46,523 nt of DNA from an uncultured Candidatus Saccharibacteria bacterium (GCA_964618705.1 CAZUBJ010000002.1:1-46523); one strand, 5' to 3'. Shown: positions 16,603 through 23,143, counted from the first letter of the stretch. Program-made: numbers and translations. Notes: a model not told the origin generated them from the sequence alone.

Positions 16603-17619
16603 ATGAGTGAAAGCCTCCCTAATTCTTCCTCAGAAATCGAACAGGAGGCGCCAAACGAAACGCACGAAGAAAACGATCACTCTCCTGAGAGTGATCTGAC
16701 AACGCAGGATGCTGAAGTTGTAATAAAATACCAAGAAGGCCGAGAAACAGCTCAGACAGCCTTTGACAATGCGATTAGAGAAAGAAACTCTAATGAAAAC
16801 CTTTCGCGTGTTCGAGAGTCACTAGGACTAGCCACAAGTCAGCAACATAATTCTTTTGCATTAGACGATATAGAGGCGCTAGAAGCGGAACTGATACGTG
16901 CTGAAGCCAATTATCCAGGGCACTGGACGTTATTATTGGCTGATCGTCTACGCGATCCTGAGACCAAGAAAAAATTTCTGGAGACAAGAACTGAGGCTCT
17001 CCCTTCATTACAAGAAGGAAACCCGGGACCATTTGATAGGGAAAAACGATTTCGGGCTCATTATGAAGAGCAGATGGCAAATTATGAGGAGAATATTGAA
17101 TCTGTATTTAATCAAACTGTAGTCGGCAATGCCGCTGAATTTGGGAAGAAACCTGTTCATGCAGGTTCAGGGAACATAGGAGAGCCTGGAACCGTTTTTC
17201 TAGATTCGGAAACAAAGGAGGGCTTACCCCTGACTCCTCGGCAGAAGATGATAATCGAAGCTCATGAAAAAGGGCATGGTATGCGGGATTTTCAAGGATC
17301 AGATGCCATAGAAATTCGGTCGGTACTAGATTTCAGTGTTTTAAAGGAGCGTGAGGAGATTGCTACTGCACAGAATCCACAAGATAGATTCGCTAATTAT
17401 CTAAATAAACCCGAAGAAATCATTGAACGCATGGCCCAGCTCAAGAATTATTTCGGATTTAAGGGAAATGAGGTTTTTACAAAGAAGCATTTGGACTACG
17501 CACGAGAGCATTACATTCAAGACACAGGTTTAGATAACACAATGAGTCACTTCTTTGCTGCTGTAACTCCAGAGACGGAGGATCACTTCATTGAGGTAAT
17601 GAATAAATATCCGATATAA
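16603..17619 (+). CDS. hypothetical protein with an HEXXH motif (possible zinc metallopeptidase), low-GC gene
   Basis: 338-aa ORF with an acidic N-terminus and IIEAHEKGHGMRDF (HEKGH). Hand counts give 38-47% GC in sampled 60-nt lines. No signal peptide is seen. Confidence 0.5.
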   Translation: MSESLPNSSSEIEQEAPNETHEENDHSPESDLTTQDAEVVIKYQEGRETAQTAFDNAIRERNSNENLSRVRESLGLATSQQHNSFALDDIEALEAELIRAEANYPGHWTLLLADRLRDPETKKKFLETRTEALPSLQEGNPGPFDREKRFRAHYEEQMANYEENIESVFNQTVVGNAAEFGKKPVHAGSGNIGEPGTVFLDSETKEGLPLTPRQKMIIEAHEKGHGMRDFQGSDAIEIRSVLDFSVLKEREEIATAQNPQDRFANYLNKPEEIIERMAQLKNYFGFKGNEVFTKKHLDYAREHYIQDTGLDNTMSHFFAAVTPETEDHFIEVMNKYPI

Positions 17620-17729
17620 GATCGCTTCTAGGCTTGTTTACTAATCTGCACAAAGGGAAAAGTCCTTCGGGCTTTTTCCATTTGTGCGGGATAAGTCAGG
17701 TGTGGGGAGTCTGACAAGCTTGACGGTAT

Positions 17730-17754
17730 ACATACATTATGTGATAATGTATGT
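17730..17754. promoter_or_regulatory. operator-like perfect palindrome
   Basis: ACATACATTAT-gtg-ATAATGTATGT, located 36 nt upstream of the GTG at 17790. Confidence 0.4.
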
Positions 17755-17789
17755 GGGTACTATTGCCCCTTATAGAAGGAGGTTCTCCA

Positions 17790-18215
17790 GTGGAGACCAC
17801 GTCGCAAAGAAATGAAATGAGGTTTGATGCCTCTGCCGACCTTTATATCCGTGTTGAGTCGGGTATGCGCTACACACACGAAGAGATCAAGGGCTTCGTT
17901 GAAAGAGCGGCATCAAGTGTGGAGCCGTGGCGCAATACGCGCGGACAACCCTTCGAAAACTATCTCAGGCCGAACTACGAAACGGGTAGGGCTGTGCAGG
18001 GGCAGCTCGACACGCTCTACCTGATAACGATTACTCAGCTCGGTCGTGTTTCTCGTGCGACTCTGGGAGCACAACAACTGTTTGCGTACCGCGCCTTCGT
18101 GGAATCAGTGGTGCATGCGGTTGCGGAACTCGGAGTGCCAGGACTGCATTCGGTAGACGGAGTTGTTAACTATTCGCTGCCGCTTGCCAGGCACACAGCA
18201 CCACTCTCAACCTAG
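17790..18215 (+). CDS. hypothetical protein
   Basis: AAGGAGG at 17776-17782 lies 7 nt before the GTG at 17790. 141 aa; I recognise no motif. Confidence 0.5.
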   Translation: METTSQRNEMRFDASADLYIRVESGMRYTHEEIKGFVERAASSVEPWRNTRGQPFENYLRPNYETGRAVQGQLDTLYLITITQLGRVSRATLGAQQLFAYRAFVESVVHAVAELGVPGLHSVDGVVNYSLPLARHTAPLST

Positions 18216-18349
18216 CCGCCCATTCGGCGAAACGAAAGCAACCCCTTCGTTTCGACGGAGGGGCGGTTTTCTTTTTCATCAACATCACAAACTCTCGCCC
18301 GCATCGTATACTGTATCCATACTTTGATCACTAGACCTGTACTTTCTGT

Positions 18350-19255
18350 ATGACTATCACACAAACCTGGCGCACAAGCGCACTCATTGCTCTAGCCGTA
18401 GTGACCACCATGGTCGCAGCGCCCGCTGAAGCATTTGCCGCAGAGAAATGCGCATTCACGAAAGATTTGACCATTGGTCACGAAGGCGAAGAGGTGCGCT
18501 GTTTGCAGAAGTATCTAAACGCAAACGGCTACATCGTGGCCGCAACAGGTGTGGGCTCTACAGGAAAGGAGACAAGCCAGTACAAAGCACTTACGCAGGC
18601 CGCGGTGAAGCAGTGGCAGCTTGCAAACGGCATCATCCCGTCTACGGGCACTTTTGGTGCAAAGTCACGCGCGATGTACGCTACCCTTACTTCAGTAAGC
18701 ACTCCAACGGTACCAGTCGTAGTGCCAACCACTCCAACAGTGCCAAGCACCAGTTCGGTAGAGTCTGACACCAGAGAATCGCTCCTTAAGGCAAAGGACA
18801 GTCTAAACGAAATCAAGGACGATATTGACGAGGCAGAAGATGACGACAACGATATTGGAAATGCAAAAGAGTACTACGAAGAAGCACAAGAAGAGCTCTT
18901 TGATGCCTTCTATTACTTCTTGAAGCGTGAGTACGCAAACGCACTTGATAGCTCACTCACCCTTGCAAAGAAGATTCGTGACGCGCGCAACGAAATCCGC
19001 GAGAATATAGATGAGGAAGACAAGGCACGAGAAGCAATCGCAGACGCCGAGAACGCCATTGAAGACGCGCAGGATGCAATTGATGAGGCGGACGACCGCG
19101 GTAAGAACGTAAACGATGCAGAGGACTTGCTAGACGAAGCAAAGGACGCGCTTGAAGAAGCCGAGGACCTGCTTCGCGACGATGAGCTAGAGGACGCATA
19201 CGACCGCGCCAAGGAGGCTGAGCAGCTTGCCGAGGACGCAGAGGACGAGGTGTAG
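18350..19255 (+). CDS. secreted protein with a peptidoglycan-binding (PG_binding_1-like) domain and a long acidic helical tail
   Basis: Signal-like N-terminus (ALIALAVVTTMVAAPAEAFA). GHEGEEVRCLQKYLNANGY…AVKQWQLANGI. P/T linker. C-terminal ~170 aa extremely D/E-rich. Confidence 0.7.
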   Translation: MTITQTWRTSALIALAVVTTMVAAPAEAFAAEKCAFTKDLTIGHEGEEVRCLQKYLNANGYIVAATGVGSTGKETSQYKALTQAAVKQWQLANGIIPSTGTFGAKSRAMYATLTSVSTPTVPVVVPTTPTVPSTSSVESDTRESLLKAKDSLNEIKDDIDEAEDDDNDIGNAKEYYEEAQEELFDAFYYFLKREYANALDSSLTLAKKIRDARNEIRENIDEEDKAREAIADAENAIEDAQDAIDEADDRGKNVNDAEDLLDEAKDALEEAEDLLRDDELEDAYDRAKEAEQLAEDAEDEV

Positions 19256-19294
19256 CTCTCTGCACTCTAAATGACAGTGCTATGCTAGCAGCAT

Positions 19295-20050
19295 ATGATG
19301 AAGGAACTAGAGGATCTTGGGCTCTCTGAAAAGGAGGCACGCGTATACCTGGCATCTCTTGAAATTGGACGTGCAACGGCAGATCAGCTTGCTAAGCACG
19401 CAAATATTGTGCGGCCAACAACCTACGTGCAAATTAAAGCCCTCATGGAAATGGGGCTAATGAGTACGTACGAAGAAGGGAAAAAGACGTACTTTGCGCC
19501 AGAATCTCCGTCAGCGCTCAAGCGCCTGCTTGAAAAGAAGAAAGAAGCTCTGCGAACGAGTGAGTCGCTACTGTCCAGCATGCTCCCTGACCTCACTCGT
19601 CAGTTTGAGGGAGCGGGTGAGCGTCCGGTGGTTAGGTTTTTCCCCGGGAAGGAGGGTCTTGCTTCTGCGAGAGAAGAAATACTAACAACAAGGGAGAAAA
19701 AAGTTTATGCAGTATTTTCTCCGGAGCACATGTCAAGGATTTTTTCTTCGGAGTATTTGGACGACTACTCGGACAGAAGAAGGGCACTGGGGATTCATTC
19801 TGTTGGAATTTATAACCAAAAAGAAATGTTTGACAGAGCTGGGCTGGATCAGCTTACGGAACGAAGGCAGCTTCCCCCAGAGCTGGAATCGCTATCTGTA
19901 GACATATATATAACAGATAACAAAGTCACCATTCTTTCGCTAGAGGGAAGTTTATTTGGTTTCGTAATGGAGAGCGACCAGCTCGCCTCTAGCATGAAGG
20001 CAATATTTAGTTTTCTCTGGACATCATCATCTGGTCCAGATAGTAAATAA
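19295..20050 (+). CDS. TrmB-family transcriptional regulator
   Basis: LGLSEKEARVYLASLEIGRATADQLAKHANIVRPTTYVQIKALMEMGL, a winged-HTH N-terminal domain typical of TrmB. Confidence 0.75.
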   Translation: MMKELEDLGLSEKEARVYLASLEIGRATADQLAKHANIVRPTTYVQIKALMEMGLMSTYEEGKKTYFAPESPSALKRLLEKKKEALRTSESLLSSMLPDLTRQFEGAGERPVVRFFPGKEGLASAREEILTTREKKVYAVFSPEHMSRIFSSEYLDDYSDRRRALGIHSVGIYNQKEMFDRAGLDQLTERRQLPPELESLSVDIYITDNKVTILSLEGSLFGFVMESDQLASSMKAIFSFLWTSSSGPDSK

Positions 20051-20051
20051 A

Positions 20052-20277
20052 AATGGGGTCGGGAGTAAACTCCCGACCCCGAGCGGCTGAAAGCCGCTAC
20101 CACTTGACCGGTGACGGGTCTAGTTGCCGTCCCCGCCTCTGTTGAGATAGGTCAAGACCTACTCCTTCTCTCACGTTTGCCCAGTATTACCTGGGCGGTC
20201 ATCTGGCTACACGCTCCAGAGAACGAACATCTCACTTCCTTTCGGCTGGGCTGAAAACACTCCAAAACTGCCAGACC
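20052..20277 (-). ncRNA. candidate orphan small RNA (about 225 nt) defined by a promoter and an intrinsic terminator
   Basis: Minus-strand TTGACA-N17-TAGATT (plus coordinates 20311-20283). Minus-strand terminator GGGGTCGGGAG-ttta-CTCCCGACCC followed by ATTTTTATTT (20080-20045). The interior has at least five helices and no ORF. Confidence 0.4.
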
Positions 20278-20425
20278 ACACTAATCTAGCAGTGGCAACA
20301 CTTTTTGTCAAGATACTTAGTTAGAAAAGCACTTTTAATATAAATTGCACTGACGAATGTTTTGCGCGAAGTGCCTTATACCCACTGCATTTTCAGTAGG
20401 AAATATATCGTCATGTCAAAACATA

Positions 20426-20454
20426 TTGACAAAAAAAGTGCAAGGGTATATAAG
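20426..20454 (+). promoter_or_regulatory. sigma70-type promoter of the small-ORF cassette
   Basis: TTGACA-N17-TATAAG (also TATATA two nt upstream), set in an AT-rich divergent control region. Confidence 0.6.
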
Positions 20455-20661
20455 AGCTAAGTCAGCGCTGGCTGACAAGAGCTTTGACGTTTAAATACAA
20501 GTATTCGTTATTCCTATCCGGACAGATAGGCAAGTGTCAGGAACTCTCCGGCCCATTAAATGCCGGGCCTACTCACTATTCTGTCTGGTATAGGGATTGC
20601 GAAAGCAATTCCTGGGAATTTCCCATAAAGGGAAGACTGGCGCCCGGGGAGGGGCATAACT

Positions 20662-20856
20662 ATGAACATTGAAGAAGACTATGGCTTGAAGGAGCGCCGC
20701 CTTCGCGATCTCGAAAGGGAGGCGGACGAGCTCCTGCGCCAGGCTGGCTGCAACTTTGCTGGTGTTAACCGGCGGGATGTGGTCGCGAGCCAACAGGCTT
20801 TTGAACGCCTGGCGATTCGCACCCCGACGGGGGGAAAGTCCTGTCGGAGGCACTAG
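20662..20856 (+). CDS. small hypothetical protein (64 aa), cassette ORF 1
   Basis: GGGGAGGGG lies 7-8 nt before the ATG. The N-terminal half is charged and helical. Confidence 0.4.
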   Translation: MNIEEDYGLKERRLRDLEREADELLRQAGCNFAGVNRRDVVASQQAFERLAIRTPTGGKSCRRH

Positions 20857-20966
20857 CCGGTGCCACCTTGCCCTGCAGCGGGGTCACACTGCAGGTTGCT
20901 GGGTAGTCCACCAGCGTAAATGCATGGGCAAGATGCGCGGACATCTATAAAAGCCGCAAAAAGTAC

Positions 20967-20997
20967 GGGCAGACAAGAATGTGTCTGCCCCTTTATT
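20967..20997 (+). terminator. terminator/attenuator-like hairpin between cassette ORF 1 and ORF 2
   Basis: GGGCAGACA-agaatg-TGTCTGCCC followed by CTTTATT. Confidence 0.5.
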
Positions 20998-21032
20998 CAG
21001 CCTGCGAAATGGTTCGTGGGTTGATAGAGATA
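20994..21032 (+). repeat. 39-nt hairpin motif, copy 1 (12 nt upstream of the ORF 2 ATG)
   Basis: tattCAGCCtGCGAAatggTTCGTgGGTTGatagagata; 34/39 identical to copy 2. Confidence 0.6.
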
Positions 21033-21043
21033 CGGGGCTGTTG

Positions 21044-21412
21044 ATGAAAATTTTGAACCTTACGCAGCACGACGCCACGGCTGATCAGATCGCCGCCGGC
21101 GTGCTACCCGCAGGCTGTGAAAAAGAAGAGGTGCGCGAGCTCCTCACTTTTGACAGCCTGCCGAGCAGGGAGTGGATTGAGGCGAAGGCGCAAGCCCTCG
21201 CCGACGTCGCTCGTGCTCACGGGCCGCTCATCGACGCCGTCATGATCGGCGGCGCGCCCTATCTTATGGGGCCGCTCGAGCGCGCGTTGAAGGCGCAGAG
21301 TATCAAAGCCCTGTACGCCTTCTCGCTTCGTGAGAGCGGCGAGACGCCAGACGGAGAAGGTGGTGTGCGAAAGACGATGGTCTTTAAGCATGCCGGCTTT
21401 ATCGAGGCGTAG
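21044..21412 (+). CDS. hypothetical protein (122 aa), cassette ORF 2
   Basis: MKILNLTQHDATADQIAAGV… …VMIGGAPYLMGPLERAL…YAFSLRES…FKHAGF. It looks like a conserved small alpha/beta protein, but I cannot name the family. Confidence 0.55.
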   Translation: MKILNLTQHDATADQIAAGVLPAGCEKEEVRELLTFDSLPSREWIEAKAQALADVARAHGPLIDAVMIGGAPYLMGPLERALKAQSIKALYAFSLRESGETPDGEGGVRKTMVFKHAGFIEA

Positions 21413-21480
21413 CTGCCAGTGGGGAGTGGTGATCCTGACAACAGAATTCACCAAGGAGGACATTGCTACGTCCTCCTCCA

Positions 21481-21519
21481 TATTCAGCCCGCGAAACGGT
21501 TCGTTGGCTGATAGGGATA
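21481..21519 (+). repeat. 39-nt hairpin motif, copy 2 (5 nt upstream of the ORF 3 ATG)
   Basis: tattCAGCCcGCGAAacggTTCGTtGGCTGatagggata. Confidence 0.6.
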
Positions 21520-21524
21520 AAGCG

Positions 21525-21785
21525 ATGACCGATAAGAATGAAGAAGTTTTCTTTCAGGACTGGAAGCCAGGAAAGGGCCACCAGGAAATCTGCGTCTGGG
21601 TGAACAAGGACCCGGATGGGAACTTCTGGATCGCCATCGTCACCCGGGACGGCCGCTATCCGCGGTGGGAGACTAGTCGTGGCGCGATTGTCCGAACTCT
21701 TTCCGAAGCATTCGCCACTCTCAATGTGTGGCTCGGAGAACGCGATTGCGGGTGGAATATCGAAACAGAGGAGGAGGTGGAATGA
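21525..21785 (+). CDS. hypothetical protein (86 aa), cassette ORF 3
   Basis: The ATG at 21525 follows motif copy 2. The stop overlaps the next start (ATGA at 21782-21785). Confidence 0.5.
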   Translation: MTDKNEEVFFQDWKPGKGHQEICVWVNKDPDGNFWIAIVTRDGRYPRWETSRGAIVRTLSEAFATLNVWLGERDCGWNIETEEEVE

Positions 21786-22036
21786 AAAACCGGAATCCAA
21801 TCGCCAAGGCACTTCGGAGCCCAGCGCTCCGACAGCGCGTCGTGTCCGACAAGAAGAAGTGGTCAGACCGAAAAAAGGTGCGAAATTCGCTCAAATTGGG
21901 CAAGTACGATCGTGACCGATACGATTTGCCCCTCTTATTGAGACCGATGACATTCCGTCGTCGGCTCATCAGAGGCTTGATCTTTCATGCGCAATTCCGC
22001 CACCGTTCTCGTGCCCGTCGTCATGGGCATCGCTGA
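21782..22036 (+). CDS. ArfA-like (alternative ribosome-rescue factor A-like) small basic protein, cassette ORF 4
   Basis: NPIAKALRSPALRQRVVSDKKKWSDRKK compared with E. coli ArfA [29 protein letters not shown] (pattern N-x-I-x3-L-x2-P-x-[LF]-RQRV-x3-KK). Translationally coupled to ORF 3. Confidence 0.45.
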   Translation: MKNRNPIAKALRSPALRQRVVSDKKKWSDRKKVRNSLKLGKYDRDRYDLPLLLRPMTFRRRLIRGLIFHAQFRHRSRARRHGHR

Positions 22037-22163
22037 CAGCTTCGTCGGGCTCTTCGGCCTCATGCTGAATCCCTACGGACTCCTCGGCATCGGTTTGTCG
22101 CTCTTCTTTCTGCTGGGAGGCATCTGGCTCATCCAGATCGGCTTTCAGCAGTCGAAGACGTAG
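21987..22163 (+). CDS. possible 58-aa two-helix membrane peptide, cassette ORF 5 (below the ORF-track size cut-off)
   Basis: Hand translation: MRNSATVLVPVVMGIADSFVGLFGLMLNPYGLLGIGLSLFFLLGGIWLIQIGFQQSKT*. It overlaps the 3' tail of the ArfA-like ORF in another frame. Confidence 0.35.
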   Translation: MRNSATVLVPVVMGIADSFVGLFGLMLNPYGLLGIGLSLFFLLGGIWLIQIGFQQSKT

Positions 22164-22195
22164 ACAAGGCAGCAGAAGGAACTGCAAAAATCCTC

Positions 22196-22227
22196 CAAGG
22201 CGCGGCTATAAGTCGCGCCTTTTTGTT
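22196..22227 (+). terminator. intrinsic terminator closing the cassette
   Basis: AAGGCGCG-gctataagt-CGCGCCTT followed by TTTGTTT. Confidence 0.75.
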
Positions 22228-22248
22228 TACCAACGTATACTCCATCTC

Positions 22249-22812
22249 ATGAAAATCGGCATTATGGGTGCGGAGGGGAGCTTTTCAGAAGAGGCCGCCC
22301 GCAAGTACATAGAAACTGAGAAGCTGAGCGACGCCGAGCTCGTCTTTCTGGTGTCTGCTGAGCGCGTACTTACAGCGCTTGAGGCCAGCTCTATAGATAC
22401 CGGCATCTTTCCTATAGAAAACAGCAACGGCGGGATTGTGATAGAGGCTGTGCACGCCATGGCAAAGCATCGCTTTCAGGTAGAGAAGATGTTTGAGATA
22501 GATGTGCATCAGAATCTTCTCGTACTTCCTGGTACTAACCCCGAACAAATCACTGCAATCACATCGCACGACCAAGCACTCAAACAATGCCGCATGTACT
22601 TGAAGCGAAAATGGCCAGGAGTAGACCTGTCTGAATACGAAGACACTGCAAAAGCTGCGGCAGACCTACGTGCCGGCGTATTGCCACCTACAACCGCCGT
22701 AATTGCCTCTAGGCGCGCGGCAGAGCTGTACGAGCTAGATATACTCGAAGCATCTATTCAAGACCTTAAATTCAACTATACGAGCTTTGTAGTTGCGAAA
22801 GCACTCGCTTAA
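22249..22812 (+). CDS. prephenate dehydratase catalytic (PDT) domain protein without an ACT domain
   Basis: MKIGIMGAEGSFSEEAA…GIFPIENSNGGIV…ITSHDQALKQC…TAVIASRRAAELY. At 187 aa there is no room for a regulatory ACT domain. Confidence 0.75.
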   Translation: MKIGIMGAEGSFSEEAARKYIETEKLSDAELVFLVSAERVLTALEASSIDTGIFPIENSNGGIVIEAVHAMAKHRFQVEKMFEIDVHQNLLVLPGTNPEQITAITSHDQALKQCRMYLKRKWPGVDLSEYEDTAKAAADLRAGVLPPTTAVIASRRAAELYELDILEASIQDLKFNYTSFVVAKALA

Positions 22813-22825
22813 ATAAGTAAACAAT

Positions 22826-22850
22826 AAAAGCCCCGCGTAGCGGGGCTTTT
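22826..22850. terminator. bidirectional terminator
   Basis: aaaaGCCCCGC-gta-GCGGGGCtttt. Confidence 0.85.
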
Positions 22851-22870
22851 ATTGAGAAAATAGTTGGAAA

Positions 22871-23143
22871 CTACTTTACTGCGTCCTTAAGCGCCTTTGC
22901 TGGGCGGAACTTAGGAGTGCGAGTCGCAGCGATGCGAATAGTCTCGCCAGTGCGAGGGTTGCGGCCGGTGCGTGCTGGGCGAGCCTTTGCACTGAAGATA
23001 CCAAGACCTGCAATTGAAACCTCATCACCAGACTTAAGGCCAGAAGTGATGCTCTCGATAACACACTCAACTGCGCGCTCTGCGTCAGCCTTGGTGCCAC
23101 CAAGTACTTCCTGTACCTTGCCTGCAATATCTGCTTTGTTCAT
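22871..23143 (-). CDS. hup: HU-family nucleoid protein
   Basis: MNKADIAGKV…VSIAGLGIFSAKARPARTGRNPRTGETIRIAATRTPKFRPAKALKDAV. Confidence 0.9.
   Translation of the reverse strand: MNKADIAGKVQEVLGGTKADAERAVECVIESITSGLKSGDEVSIAGLGIFSAKARPARTGRNPRTGETIRIAATRTPKFRPAKALKDAVK

Noticed and set aside
18780-19255. Possible DNA tandem repeats or a CRISPR-like periodicity in the GA-rich stretch
   Set aside because: The periodicity is codon-level (GAA/GAC/GAG/GCA) within a continuous ORF encoding the acidic tail. There are no repeat-spacer units. No CRISPR array was found anywhere in the window.
20052-20277. SRP (4.5S) RNA assignment for the minus-strand small RNA
   Set aside because: CAGCC-GAAA-GGAAGTGAG only loosely resembles CAGGTCC-GGAA-GGAAGCAGC. 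The conserved symmetric and asymmetric loop nucleotides and arm pairing do not fit by hand, so it is left as an unclassified candidate.
20841-20943. 33-aa minus-strand mini-ORF (MSAHLAHAFTLVDYPATCSVTPLQGKVAPA) convergent with cassette ORF 1, as a possible type I toxin
   Set aside because: No ribosome-binding site or promoter is recognisable, the peptide is not hydrophobic, and the region is better explained by RNA hairpins (CTGCAG…CTGCAG).
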